Shown here in pieces: positions 28,977 through 39,213 of a DNA stretch of 64,000 bases. The translations under genes were made by a program, and so were the position numbers. Below the pieces are notes generated by a model. That model was not told where the DNA came from. It searched no databases and saw only the letters and a list, made by a program, of their open reading frames with translations. Positions within the stretch are counted from its first letter, which is position 1. Each line of letters opens with the position of its first letter. The DNA is from an uncultured Flavobacteriaceae bacterium (GTDB lineage Bacteria > Bacteroidota > Bacteroidia > Flavobacteriales > Flavobacteriaceae), in assembly GCA_964639255.1 (NCBI GenBank), contig CAZXDP010000009.1, positions 788 through 64,787 of the forward strand, read 5' to 3'.

Positions 28977-29172
28977 TGTTTCGGTAATGGAGATTTAAGA
29001 TTAAGCGCGTAAAAGTAGCACAGGTTTTCCAGTAACAGGGGAAAATTCAAAAAATTTTAACGACCGGTACGACTTCGCTCGCGCATCTTATTTCTGAAGC
29101 AAAAAAGATTAGGGCAATCCTGCAACATTTGCTATTTTTGTGGTTTCGTAAAACAAGCAGAAAAAAGCGATT

Positions 29173-30363
29173 ATGAATTTACACGAATATCAAGGAAAGG
29201 AAATATTAAATAGTTTTGGTGTTGAGATTCAACGCGGTATTGTAGCCCAAACCCCAGCCGAAGCCGTAGACGCTGCCAAAAGGCTCACCGAGGAAACCGG
29301 AACGGGCTGGCACGTTATCAAAGCCCAGGTTCACGCCGGTGGCCGTGGTAAAGGTGGTGGCGTAAAATTGGCCAAGAACCTCCAGGAGGTCGAAAAAATT
29401 GCGAATGACATTATAGGCATGAACTTGGTGACCCCACAAACCAGTGCCGAAGGTAAGAAAGTACACCAAGTACTCGTGGCAGAAGATGTTTACTATCCTG
29501 GCGACCACGAGCCAGAAGAATACTATATGAGCGTACTGCTCAATCGTTCTACCGGCAAGAATATGATTATGTATTCTACAGAAGGCGGTATGGATATAGA
29601 GCAAGTAGCCGAAGAAACGCCGCATTTGATTTTTCACGAAGAGGTAGATCCCGCGACGGGGTTGATGCCCTTCCAAGCGCGCCGCATTGCCTTTAACCTT
29701 GGCCTTAGCGGAAAAGCGTTTAAAGAGATGACTAAGTTCGTAACCGCTTTGTATAAGGCGTATACCAGTTCTGATTCTTCGTTGTTCGAGATCAATCCGG
29801 TTTTGAAAACCAGCGATGAGAAGATTATTGCCGTGGATGCCAAGGTAACGCTCGACGACAATGCCTTGTTCCGCCATAAGGAATATGCCGCTATGCGCGA
29901 CACGCGTGAGGAGAATCCCGTGGAGGTAGAAGCTCGCGAAGCTGGACTTAGCTATGTTGATTTGGATGGGAATGTAGGCTGTATGGTAAACGGCGCTGGT
30001 TTGGCGATGGCCACTATGGACCTCATCAAACAAGCGGGTGGCGAACCTGCCAATTTTCTCGATGTTGGTGGAACTGCAGATGCAGAACGAGTTGAGACTG
30101 CATTCAACCTCATTTTGAAAGATCCTAACGTAAAGGCGATTTTAGTAAATATTTTTGGAGGTATTGTACGTTGCGACCGCGTGGCGCAGGGAATCGTAGA
30201 TGCCTACAAGAATATGGGAACCATCGATGTACCCATTATCGTACGTCTACAAGGTACCAACGCCGATAAAGCGAAAGAACTTATCGATAACAGCGGCCTG
30301 GCCGTACAGAGCGCCATCGAATTTAAGGAGGCGGCAGATAAGGTTCAGCAAGTACTCTCATAA
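29173..30363 (+). CDS. sucC: Succinate--CoA ligase (ADP-forming) beta subunit
   Basis: [12 protein letters not shown]...[16 protein letters not shown]...[10 protein letters not shown].... Confidence 0.95.
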   Translation: MNLHEYQGKEILNSFGVEIQRGIVAQTPAEAVDAAKRLTEETGTGWHVIKAQVHAGGRGKGGGVKLAKNLQEVEKIANDIIGMNLVTPQTSAEGKKVHQVLVAEDVYYPGDHEPEEYYMSVLLNRSTGKNMIMYSTEGGMDIEQVAEETPHLIFHEEVDPATGLMPFQARRIAFNLGLSGKAFKEMTKFVTALYKAYTSSDSSLFEINPVLKTSDEKIIAVDAKVTLDDNALFRHKEYAAMRDTREENPVEVEAREAGLSYVDLDGNVGCMVNGAGLAMATMDLIKQAGGEPANFLDVGGTADAERVETAFNLILKDPNVKAILVNIFGGIVRCDRVAQGIVDAYKNMGTIDVPIIVRLQGTNADKAKELIDNSGLAVQSAIEFKEAADKVQQVLS

Positions 30364-30380
30364 ACAAGTTTTGATAGAGA

Positions 30381-30411
30381 AAAAGCCCTGGTTCTGCCAA
30401 GGGCTTTTTTT
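30381..30411 (+). terminator. Intrinsic terminator after sucC
   Basis: AAAAGCCCTGG-ttctg-CCAAGGGC followed by T7. The stem is imperfect. Confidence 0.6.
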
Positions 30412-30512
30412 ATATCCATACGTTAACAGAATGTTAATATTGAAGCGTAAGTGTAACACTATCAGTCATAACGGCGTCTATTCAATACATCAATCAATTA
30501 AAACGTACCGTT

Positions 30513-30851
30513 ATGAAAAAAATGCAAGTATTGCTAATAGCGCTTTCGCTATTGGTTGGAACAGGCACTACCCTGGCCTATGGGCCAATTAATGTGCCAA
30601 CAGACCCCGCCTCGAGCCTGGAAATTTCAGAATTGCTCAAGAATCCAGAATTTACCATTGAGAACGATTGTCAAGCAACAGTAGAATTCGTGATGAACAA
30701 ACATCACGAAATGGTTATCCTTACCGTGGAGGCCGAAGATAATACGTTCGAGGAATTTCTACGCAATCGGTTGAATTACCAGTTGTTGGAAACTCCCTTG
30801 GAGATTGGAAAAACCTACACCGTGCCTATCAAGTTGGTAGCCATCAAGTAA
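30513..30851 (+). CDS. Small secreted hypothetical protein
   Basis: Signal peptide MKKMQVLLIALSLLVGTGTTLAYG. 112 aa. Bounded by terminators on both sides. No recognisable motif. Confidence 0.5.
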   Translation: MKKMQVLLIALSLLVGTGTTLAYGPINVPTDPASSLEISELLKNPEFTIENDCQATVEFVMNKHHEMVILTVEAEDNTFEEFLRNRLNYQLLETPLEIGKTYTVPIKLVAIK

Positions 30852-30871
30852 CTGGAATTTGAATTAGTCCT

Positions 30872-30902
30872 AAAAATCCCGAACGTATCGTTCGGGATTT
30901 TT
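30872..30902. terminator. Bidirectional intrinsic terminator
   Basis: Perfect 10-bp stem ATCCCGAACG (30876-30885) / CGTTCGGGAT (30889-30898), with a 3-nt loop, flanked by A5 and T5. It lies between convergent genes. Confidence 0.75.
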
Positions 30903-30906
30903 AGTT

Positions 30907-32190
30907 TCACCCTATGCCATCGCGTAGCCTGCCAATATCGTATTGTGAAGCGAAGCTGTCTTCAGCATCTTTGGTGAGGTGCTTCAACTCTTCTTTCACG
31001 GCCTCGCGATAGGCCTCATTTTGGCTTGGCGATTGTTTAAGGTAATTAAGCATCCACAGTAATTTCTGCACAATTACGGGATCGTGCTTGCAATAGGTGC
31101 GAAGCGATGCCATACTATGGTAGAGCAGTTCCTTAAAAGGTACAATGCAAATCTTTACAAAGGCCGTATCCTCACTTACCAATATTCCAGTATCCCGTTT
31201 CCGCATTCGTAGCGCAAACAGTTCAGTAAGATAATCGATGGCATTTATGGCCGTACCAGGATCGTTAACGCCGGGGGACATCGCCTTTACCGCGATTTCG
31301 GTTATTTGCTTAAACGCCAGTACGTAATTGTCGCTCACCAATTCACCACGCGCAAAATTAATATTGGAGAGAATATCGGCTAGGGTTTCATCGTCCAATT
31401 CCTTTTCAGATTTGATAAATGGGACATTTGGGAGCACATACATCCCCTTCGGTATGGTTACAAAAAGTTTCGACTCTGCATTCTTTGCGATGGTGATGAG
31501 GTTCTTAAATGATATATTCTGAAAATATCCGCTTTCATTACTTGGATAAGCATGCCAAGAGTCGGTGTCGGGAAAGTTATCCAACGTATCAGAATTTTTA
31601 GTAGATTCTTCTTCAATGATATATTCCAACCTGGTTCTCGAGGTATGGTAAATGTTATCCAAGATGTTGTTTATTTGGATACTCTGCGAAATGTTGTGGA
31701 TAAAGTAGATGAACAGGCACAGGCACATGATGGTTAAGGCAATGCCCAACAAAATGGAGAGGCCCGGCAGGCTGAATTTCTTATCATTTGGTTCTACCGA
31801 AAATAATGTGAAGATATTGTACAATATCGTCGCGAGATAGGCGCCCAAGATTATTTGGTGGCGCTTGTCTGATATAAGTCCGGGCAATAACCGCGGTGAG
31901 AAATTGCTCGAAGCTTGGCTTAGCAACAGCATTACCATGGAAAAACTGAATACCATCATGGAAATGAGTCCGCCGATGCACGCGCTAAGCACGGTAAGGG
32001 CCGTATCGCCATCTTCCAACACCAGTTGAGGCACATTTTCAAGCAAGCGGTTGCTTATGCCGCTGGCTTCTATGGCGGTCATGATAAAGGTGAGGAAAAA
32101 GCCTACTAAGGCGAGAAACGTAGGGTAGAAGGCAATTTTGCTCTTTATAGTATTGAAAAAGGCAATAAGTTTAATGTACAGTTGTTTCAT
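30907..32190 (-). CDS. DUF2254-family membrane protein
   Basis: N-terminal four TM helices with ...LLLSQASSNFSPRLLPGLISDKRHQ..., which I recognise as the DUF2254 core. The C-terminal half is soluble. Confidence 0.65.
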   Translation of the reverse strand: MKQLYIKLIAFFNTIKSKIAFYPTFLALVGFFLTFIMTAIEASGISNRLLENVPQLVLEDGDTALTVLSACIGGLISMMVFSFSMVMLLLSQASSNFSPRLLPGLISDKRHQIILGAYLATILYNIFTLFSVEPNDKKFSLPGLSILLGIALTIMCLCLFIYFIHNISQSIQINNILDNIYHTSRTRLEYIIEEESTKNSDTLDNFPDTDSWHAYPSNESGYFQNISFKNLITIAKNAESKLFVTIPKGMYVLPNVPFIKSEKELDDETLADILSNINFARGELVSDNYVLAFKQITEIAVKAMSPGVNDPGTAINAIDYLTELFALRMRKRDTGILVSEDTAFVKICIVPFKELLYHSMASLRTYCKHDPVIVQKLLWMLNYLKQSPSQNEAYREAVKEELKHLTKDAEDSFASQYDIGRLRDGIG

Positions 32191-32859
32191 CTGGAAGGAC
32201 TTGGCTTCTATAAAAATAACCCCATTCCCATTTCTTTTTCTTAAAATTGAATTAAATATAGCGAATAGACTGACTCCTTGACAGACAACGATATGATTTT
32301 CAAGACGTAATGGCCTGTTGTATGGTTCGGCTTCTTTTTTGTTATTATTCTTCAGAATCTGATGGGAAAAAACAGGTAAGAGATGTACAATAAAGTGCTA
32401 GGAATTTAGTTACTAATAGAAACACATAATTACCCTTTTTTTTAAAAGGTGTTTTTACTGAAAATAGATGGATGTGCCTAATTATGAAAACTTTAGCATT
32501 CCGTAGGATCGTATTCAGGAAAAAAGAACGAATTTTGTATTTAAGCTTAAAGTACCTAGTTTAAAGACGAATTAGAGTATTGTTGAAATAGAAGGGGGAG
32601 ATGCTAACAGTCTCTTCTTCGATGAAAAAAAGGAATTTGAAAAAGTTGCAGAAAATTCTGTCATTTTATATGAAAAGAATTTAATTTTGCCGACTTATTA
32701 AAAGATTTGTCCTAGCCAAAATTTACAGTGTGAAGCTATTACAGCAAGGTATGAATAGAGGGGGTTAGGAGTAGAGTTGTTTAGTAAAGAAAAGAAAGCA
32801 TTAAAGAGAATGGTTGAGATTTCATAATTGAAATTTAATTTGGTTAGTTAGTTGAAACG

Positions 32860-32893
32860 ACCGCGTGCTACTCAATCGGTACGCGGTTTTTTT
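32860..32893 (+). terminator. Intrinsic terminator, + orientation, with no annotated + strand gene upstream
   Basis: Perfect 7-bp GC-rich stem ACCGCGT (32860-32866) / ACGCGGT (32881-32887), 14-nt loop, then a T run to 32893. Confidence 0.55.
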
Positions 32894-32902
32894 GTGTCCA
32901 AG

Positions 32903-33688
32903 CTAGCGACCGCGCCGGCGCTTCCCAACTGTTCGTTGTTGTGTTCTTTGCGCTTGGGGTACATTTTTCGAGCCGCTTACGGCGTCTTTGAGTCCTTGTA
33001 GTTCTTTCGCTGTCAAATTCCGCCATTCGCCCACTTTCAAATCCTCTAGCCCTATGTTCATAATTCGAATGCGTTTCAAGGAAACTACTTCGTACCCCAA
33101 ATACTCGCACATTCGCCTAATTTGCCTGTTAAGGCCCTGCACCAATACAATCCGGAACACAAACCGACTCAATTGCTCTACTTCGCACCGTTTGGTCGTG
33201 GTTTGCAATTCTTCCAGATAGATACCGCTGCCCATACGCAGCACAAAATCTTGGGTAACGGGTCGGTCTACCCTAACAATGTATTCTTTTTCGTGGTCAT
33301 TGCCAGCCCGTAAAATCTTGTTTACGATATCGCCATCGTTGGTCATTAGCAAAAGCCCCTCACTAGGCTTGTCCAACCTGCCCACGTGAAAGATGCGCTC
33401 TTTATGATTTATGAAGTCTACCACGTTGCCCTCAACGCGCCTATCGGTGGTACATGTAATGCCCACGGGTTTGTTGAGCTTGATGTACACCAAATTTTCA
33501 TTTTCGGTGATAAGTTTACCATCTACCCGTACCTCATCTTCTGGCATGGCGCGATCCCCCAATGTCGCTACCATTCCGTTTATGGTAACCTTGCCTTGTT
33601 CTATAAGTGTATCGGCCTTTCGGCGAGAGCAGTAGCCACTATCGCTAATCGCTTTGTTTATCCTAACCGAGTCTGGGTGATGTTCCAT
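32903..33688 (-). CDS. rRNA pseudouridine synthase (RsuA/RluB/RluF family) with S4 domain
   Basis: S4 domain ...[31 protein letters not shown].... Catalytic ...[20 protein letters not shown].... Basic C-terminal tail. Confidence 0.85.
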   Translation of the reverse strand: MEHHPDSVRINKAISDSGYCSRRKADTLIEQGKVTINGMVATLGDRAMPEDEVRVDGKLITENENLVYIKLNKPVGITCTTDRRVEGNVVDFINHKERIFHVGRLDKPSEGLLLMTNDGDIVNKILRAGNDHEKEYIVRVDRPVTQDFVLRMGSGIYLEELQTTTKRCEVEQLSRFVFRIVLVQGLNRQIRRMCEYLGYEVVSLKRIRIMNIGLEDLKVGEWRNLTAKELQGLKDAVSGSKNVPQAQRTQQRTVGKRRRGR

Positions 33689-33778
33689 AGCGACAAAGAT
33701 ACAAATTGTTCAACCGTTAAACTTCCTTTAAAAAGTTGAACGGCCCCGGTAATTATCATAATTTCCGAAAAAAAAGAT

Positions 33779-35305
33779 ATGGCTGTATTGGGTTCCATCA
33801 TTAAAGGTGCGATTGAATTGCGCGATACGTTGGTTTCGGAAGATTCTCCCGTAGTCGCACAGGAAAAGGTACTTCAGAAATTGTTGGAAAAAGCCAAGGA
33901 AACCGCCTTCGGAACGTTTTATGAATTTGATAAAATCCTAGCGTCCGCTTCTCCTGCCAAGACGTATGCCGAAACCGTTCCCTACCACGATTACAACCAA
34001 ATGACACAGCGCTGGTGGCACCGGGTACACGATGGTGCCGAAAATATTACCTGGCCAGGAAAGCCTACCTATTTTGCGCTGAGCAGCGGTACCACGGGCT
34101 CGAGCAGCAAGCGCATACCTGTCACCGATGCTATGATAGATGCCATACGAACCACCGGTATCAAGCAGGTAGGGGCTCTTTCTAATTTCGACCTTCCTTC
34201 CGATTTTTTCGAAAAGGAGATTATGATGTTGGGAAGTTCTACCAACCTTGAGAATCGCGATGAATTTAAAGAGGGTGAAATAAGCGGAATTAGCGCCAGT
34301 AACATCCCTTTTTGGTTTCGCGGCTACTATAAGCCGGGCGAGGATATTGCCAAGATAGACGATTGGGACGAGCGGGTACAGACCATCGCCGAACGAGCTG
34401 GCGATTGGGATATTGGTGCCTTAAGTGGTATTCCCTCATGGATGGAACTTATGATGAAAAAAGTGATAGACTATAACAACTTAGAGACCATTCATGATAT
34501 TTGGCCCAACCTTCAGGTGTATACCAGCGGTGGCGTGGCCTTTCAGCCGTATGAGCGAAGTTTCTCCAAATTGCTCGCGCGTCCCATCACCGTCATCGAT
34601 ACCTATTTGGCCTCCGAAGGGTTTTTGGCCTTTCAGCAACGGCCCGATACTACCGCTATGAAGTTGGTGACCGACAACGGCATTTACTTTGAATTTGTTC
34701 CCTTTGATCCAGATTATATCAACCAAGATGGAAGCTTGCGCCAAGATGCACCATCAATAACATTGGCTAATGTGGAAGCAGATAAGGACTACGTCCTGCT
34801 TATTTCCACCGTATCCGGCGCCTGGCGATATCTGATTGGCGATACCATTGCCTTTACCGATATTGAAAAGGCCGAGATAAAAATAACCGGTCGCACCAAA
34901 TTCTTCTTAAATGTAGTAGGTTCGCAACTGTCTGTAAACAAGATGGAAACTGCCCTTAGAAAACTGGAATCTGAATTCGATATAGAAATACCCGAGTTTA
35001 CCCTATCGGCCGTAAAAATCGATGGGGAGTTCCACCACCATTGGTATTTGGGAACCACCGGTGACATACCCGAAGAGCGTTTGGCGCAATCGCTTGACGC
35101 GCATTTAAAGGAGGCCAATAAAAACTACAGGGTAGCCCGTGGCAAGGCGTTGAAAGGGGTTAAGGTGAGCAAGGTGGCACCCAGCGTATTTTATGATTGG
35201 AACGAGCGAAATAAAAAGAAAGGCGGACAGGTGAAAATGGAACAGGTGATGGATGAGGAGCAATTTGCGCAGTGGGAGGCTTTCGTCAATGAGGAACAGT
35301 CTTAG
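33779..35305 (+). CDS. GH3 (auxin-responsive promoter) family acyl-adenylate-forming protein
   Basis: ...YFALSSGTTGSSSKRIPVT... AMP-binding-like motif. Length 508 aa and overall pattern are typical of the Bacteroidota GH3 family. Confidence 0.75.
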   Translation: MAVLGSIIKGAIELRDTLVSEDSPVVAQEKVLQKLLEKAKETAFGTFYEFDKILASASPAKTYAETVPYHDYNQMTQRWWHRVHDGAENITWPGKPTYFALSSGTTGSSSKRIPVTDAMIDAIRTTGIKQVGALSNFDLPSDFFEKEIMMLGSSTNLENRDEFKEGEISGISASNIPFWFRGYYKPGEDIAKIDDWDERVQTIAERAGDWDIGALSGIPSWMELMMKKVIDYNNLETIHDIWPNLQVYTSGGVAFQPYERSFSKLLARPITVIDTYLASEGFLAFQQRPDTTAMKLVTDNGIYFEFVPFDPDYINQDGSLRQDAPSITLANVEADKDYVLLISTVSGAWRYLIGDTIAFTDIEKAEIKITGRTKFFLNVVGSQLSVNKMETALRKLESEFDIEIPEFTLSAVKIDGEFHHHWYLGTTGDIPEERLAQSLDAHLKEANKNYRVARGKALKGVKVSKVAPSVFYDWNERNKKKGGQVKMEQVMDEEQFAQWEAFVNEEQS

Positions 35306-35942
35306 CTGCTTCTTTCAATTTTCCTTTTTGGATGAGTTCCATCACCTCTTCTGGGGACATATAGAACGAGCGGATGCGCCTTTTGTATTTTTCTGAAATG
35401 GCCGCGTGGTCTAAAATAAAATTCTTGGTTTTCAAAATATAATCTCCCATCCCGTGGGAAATGGCGTAGAGGTCTGCCGTACGTTCCACTTCTTTGATAT
35501 GGGCTGGGGAAAAAAGGTATTTTATTCCGAAGAAAAGCATGCCCGCACTACTGCGCTCGCGGTAGTCCAACACATGCCCCAACTCGTGTCCCAACCAGCC
35601 AATAATTACGTCGCTTGGAATGTCGTCTATGGAAAACTCCTCCTCCTCGATTTGTATGGTGCGACTCATCAAGATAATATAGGCCCTGTTCTGCTTCGGC
35701 TTAAAGAAACTTCCCCAAGTTGGTTGGGCCTGCATGGTCGACTTCTGTATGTTGTCCTTAAACTTAAAGGTGATTTCTGTATCCTTCAACTCTGGAAAAT
35801 AACGTAGCGCGCTTATCGCTTCCGCATAGATCGAATGGGGAATGGTTTTGTTTTCGAGGTTGATTTCTTGGGCGTGCATCATAGAACCCATAAAATACAA
35901 AAATAGAAAGAGGCGATATGTTAATGGGAAGGTAATTCTCAA
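35286..35942 (-). CDS. Secreted hypothetical protein with HExxH zinc-metalloprotease motif
   Basis: Signal-like N-terminus. ...IIGWLGHELGHVLDY.... 218 aa. Its 3' end overlaps the GH3-family gene by 20 nt (convergent). Confidence 0.4.
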   Translation of the reverse strand: MRITFPLTYRLFLFLYFMGSMMHAQEINLENKTIPHSIYAEAISALRYFPELKDTEITFKFKDNIQKSTMQAQPTWGSFFKPKQNRAYIILMSRTIQIEEEEFSIDDIPSDVIIGWLGHELGHVLDYRERSSAGMLFFGIKYLFSPAHIKEVERTADLYAISHGMGDYILKTKNFILDHAAISEKYKRRIRSFYMSPEEVMELIQKGKLKEAAKTVPH

Positions 35943-35944
35943 TG

Positions 35945-37945
35945 CTATTCCACCTCCTCGAGCTGTTTCTGAAAGCTCTTTATTTTATCCCGTAGCTTGG
36001 CGGCCATCATAAAATCAAGTTCCTTGGCGGCTTTCTCCATTTCCTTTCGGGTATCTCTAATTTTTTTCTCTAGTTGCGGTTTGGTGAGGTATTCGTTCTC
36101 GGGCTCAGCGGCAAGTGTCTCTGCCGTGTCGAAAGTAAACCGCTCGGTCTTTTTCTTGGTAAGCGCATTTTCCATCGATTTCACAATGGCTTTAGGCTGA
36201 ATGTTATGTTCGGTATTGTAGGCGATTTGCTTTTCGCGCCTATATTCGGTTTCATCTATGGTGGCCTGCATGCTCTGGGTAATTTTATCGGCATACATAA
36301 TGGCTCGTCCATTAATGTGTCGTGCGGCACGGCCCACCGTCTGGGTTAGTGAGCGGTTGCTTCGCAGAAATCCTTCTTTATCGGCATCTAAGATCGCCAC
36401 TAATGACACTTCTGGCAAGTCTAAGCCTTCCCGTAATAAATTAACACCTACCAATACATCGAATAGCCCAAGGCGCAAATCCTGCATAATCTCTACCCGT
36501 TCGAGGGTATCCACATCACTATGGATATAGCGGCAGCGAATTTGAATACGGGTGAGGTATTTGGTAAGCTCCTCGGCCATACGTTTTGTAAGGGTGGTTA
36601 CCAGTACCCGTTCGTCCTTCTCCACGCGAAGTTGAATCTCTTCCAACAGGTCGTCGATTTGATTTAGGCTGGGGCGCACTTCAATGGGAGGGTCTAATAA
36701 ACCGGTAGGACGTATAATTTGCTCTACATAAACGCCACCGCTTTTCTCAAGCTCATAGTCTGCCGGTGTCGCACTCACGTAGATCACCTGATTTTGAAGT
36801 GCTTCAAATTCCTCAAATTTAAGCGGCCGGTTGTCCATCGCAGCCGGCAATCGAAATCCATATTCTACCAAGTTTTCCTTACGGCTGCGATCCCCGCCGT
36901 ACATAGCGCCCACCTGTGGAATGGACACATGGCTCTCGTCGACAACCATCAGGTAATCATCGGGAAAATAATCGAGCAGACAGAAGGGGCGGGTGCCGGG
37001 CAGACGGCGATCCAAGTATCGGGAATAGTTTTCGATACCACTGCAATAGCCAAGCTCACGTATCATCTCTAGGTCAAAATTGGTTCGCTCTTCCAGTCGT
37101 TTGGCCTCCAAAGGCTTCCCAATTTCCTTGAAATAATCAATCTGCTTAACCAAATCGTTTTGTATCTCCCGAATAGCGCCCTGCAGTACGTCGGGAGAGG
37201 TAACAAACATATTGGCGGGATAAATGTTGAGCCGATCGTATTTTTCGATTACTTTGTTGGTCTGCGGATTGAAAGCTTCGATCTCCTCGATTTCGTCACC
37301 GAAAAAATGAACTCTGAAGGCATCATCGGCATAGCCAGGGTAGATGTCCACCGTGTCTCCCTTTATCCTGAACCTCCCATTGTGGAACTCTCCCTCGGTA
37401 CGGGCATAAAGGCTTTGTACCAACCGATGCAGCAGTTTGGTGCGGGCCAAGGTTTGTCCCTGTGAGAGACTTATAACATTCTTCTGAAACTCTATTGGGT
37501 TTCCAATTCCATAAAGGCATGAAACCGACGCTACCACCAACACATCGCGCCGGCCCGATAAGAGGGAAGAGGTGGTACTCAACCGCAGCTTTTCTATTTC
37601 CTCATTAATGGAAAGATCTTTTTCAATATAGGTGCCGCTGGTAGGAATATACGCTTCGGGCTGGTAATAGTCATAGTACGATACGAAGTATTCGATGGCA
37701 TTGTTTGGAAAAAACTGCTTGAACTCTGAGTACAACTGTGCGGCCAAAGTCTTGTTGTGGGCCAGCACCAGCGTAGGCTTCTGTACTTGCTCCACCACGT
37801 TCGCCACCGTAAAGGTTTTTCCGCTACCGGTTACGCCCAGAAGGGTCTGGTATTTTTCATTGGCCAGCAATCCGTTGGCCAACGACTCAATCGCCTGGGG
37901 CTGGTCGCCCGTGGGGCTAAAATTGGAAACAATGTTGAATTTCAT
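35945..37945 (-). CDS. uvrB: Excinuclease ABC subunit B
   Basis: ...PTGDQPQAI...[12 protein letters not shown]..., helicase motifs, and a C-terminal UVR motif ...[17 protein letters not shown].... Confidence 0.97.
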   Translation of the reverse strand: MKFNIVSNFSPTGDQPQAIESLANGLLANEKYQTLLGVTGSGKTFTVANVVEQVQKPTLVLAHNKTLAAQLYSEFKQFFPNNAIEYFVSYYDYYQPEAYIPTSGTYIEKDLSINEEIEKLRLSTTSSLLSGRRDVLVVASVSCLYGIGNPIEFQKNVISLSQGQTLARTKLLHRLVQSLYARTEGEFHNGRFRIKGDTVDIYPGYADDAFRVHFFGDEIEEIEAFNPQTNKVIEKYDRLNIYPANMFVTSPDVLQGAIREIQNDLVKQIDYFKEIGKPLEAKRLEERTNFDLEMIRELGYCSGIENYSRYLDRRLPGTRPFCLLDYFPDDYLMVVDESHVSIPQVGAMYGGDRSRKENLVEYGFRLPAAMDNRPLKFEEFEALQNQVIYVSATPADYELEKSGGVYVEQIIRPTGLLDPPIEVRPSLNQIDDLLEEIQLRVEKDERVLVTTLTKRMAEELTKYLTRIQIRCRYIHSDVDTLERVEIMQDLRLGLFDVLVGVNLLREGLDLPEVSLVAILDADKEGFLRSNRSLTQTVGRAARHINGRAIMYADKITQSMQATIDETEYRREKQIAYNTEHNIQPKAIVKSMENALTKKKTERFTFDTAETLAAEPENEYLTKPQLEKKIRDTRKEMEKAAKELDFMMAAKLRDKIKSFQKQLEEVE

Positions 37946-38199
37946 AGCGTTGGCAAAAATACTGAAAATTTGAGTAGGAAATCTTCAAACTCCATACCAA
38001 GAAATCCATTCAGAAACGATTACCGACCGTTATAGATGGTATAATTCAACTCATGTCGATCATTTTTGTATCGTTTCAGAAGAAAGCTTCAAAAACGCTG
38101 TATAAAATATCACATCTATGAAACGCTTTCCGTAGTATTTCAGCAACATAAAAATACTTTAACGTATAGCAAATAGACGTAAAATGGCACTAGTGGGTT

Positions 38200-39174
38200 T
38201 TATTTTCTTCTCTTATTGTTCCCCACGGTGCACGGACAATCGCTTAACCCTTGTAAGAGATCTAGCCCTAGGGTTACCGAATGTGTTCCCGAATTGTACG
38301 CCGAAAGCTCATTGGTGGTTAAAATATAGGAATAGGAGAAATAGAATATCGATTTTTTGAATCCCACCATTGGGCCAATGTTGAGAGGCTTCAGGAATTG
38401 ATCGTTAAGAAAGCGATAGGAAGCGCCTACCCAAAAGTAATCGTCGTAACTGTTGAATTTTCTGTACTTAAGGTTCAAATCGGTGCTGGATCGTTGGTCG
38501 CTCACGAAGAATTGGGTGAACAAGGAAGGCTCCCACTGCGAATAGTTATCGGCATCGATCACATATCCCGTATACACTTGCAGATTGAGCAGGTTATTGG
38601 GTTCAAATCCGGTAAAATCATCGATTTCCTTCGGCAAAATGTTATTGGCGTTGAAACTGAGATATGCTTTTTGGATCCTGTACAGGAAGCCTACATCAAA
38701 ATTAACATTGGTGACCGCCCGGTCATCGACAATGCTAGGGTCGACGATGGGGATATCGTAGGTAGGCTCAAAGTTTTCGATATCGATTCTAAAATTGTTC
38801 ATATTGAATGACAGGCCCAAGGACAGGTATTGTTTCGATTTATAATCCAATATTAAGTGGTGCGCATACGATACCTTAAATCCTTGTTGCCTCGTGTTTC
38901 CATTTCTGTCGTTATAAAGTGAGAGGCCTGCCCCAGAGCGGCTGGCGATGCGTGCATCGACATAAAGGGCTTGATTGTCTGGAGCATCTTTAATGCCTAC
39001 CCACTGGGTAAGGCCATTTACACGGGTTCTAAAATTATCGCCAATACCGGCAAAGGTTGGGGAAACTACAAAGTCACTATCGGCGAGATACTGAGTAAAC
39101 ACAGGCAAATTCAACTCTTGCGAAGTTGCCTGTGCCACCACGAGTAACACTATATATTTGATTAGATTTTTCAT
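38200..39174 (-). CDS. sprF: PorP/SprF-family type IX secretion outer-membrane protein
   Basis: Signal peptide, then ...LNLPVFTQYLADSDFVVSPTFAGIG... (family pattern p-x-f-t-q-Y...NPa-x-aG). Beta-barrel-like alternation, about 320 aa. It starts 39 nt downstream of a type-B-CTD giant adhesin, as sprF does after sprB. Confidence 0.72.
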   Translation of the reverse strand: MKNLIKYIVLLVVAQATSQELNLPVFTQYLADSDFVVSPTFAGIGDNFRTRVNGLTQWVGIKDAPDNQALYVDARIASRSGAGLSLYNDRNGNTRQQGFKVSYAHHLILDYKSKQYLSLGLSFNMNNFRIDIENFEPTYDIPIVDPSIVDDRAVTNVNFDVGFLYRIQKAYLSFNANNILPKEIDDFTGFEPNNLLNLQVYTGYVIDADNYSQWEPSLFTQFFVSDQRSSTDLNLKYRKFNSYDDYFWVGASYRFLNDQFLKPLNIGPMVGFKKSIFYFSYSYILTTNELSAYNSGTHSVTLGLDLLQGLSDCPCTVGNNKRRK

Positions 39175-39213
39175 GAATGCGTAATTTAAGTTAGGTTAAG
39201 TGGTGTCTCATTT

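Noticed and set aside
29206-30033. 275-aa ORF antisense to sucC
   Set aside because: It is entirely inside the highly conserved sucC coding region, and its translation has no recognisable features. It is a typical shadow ORF.
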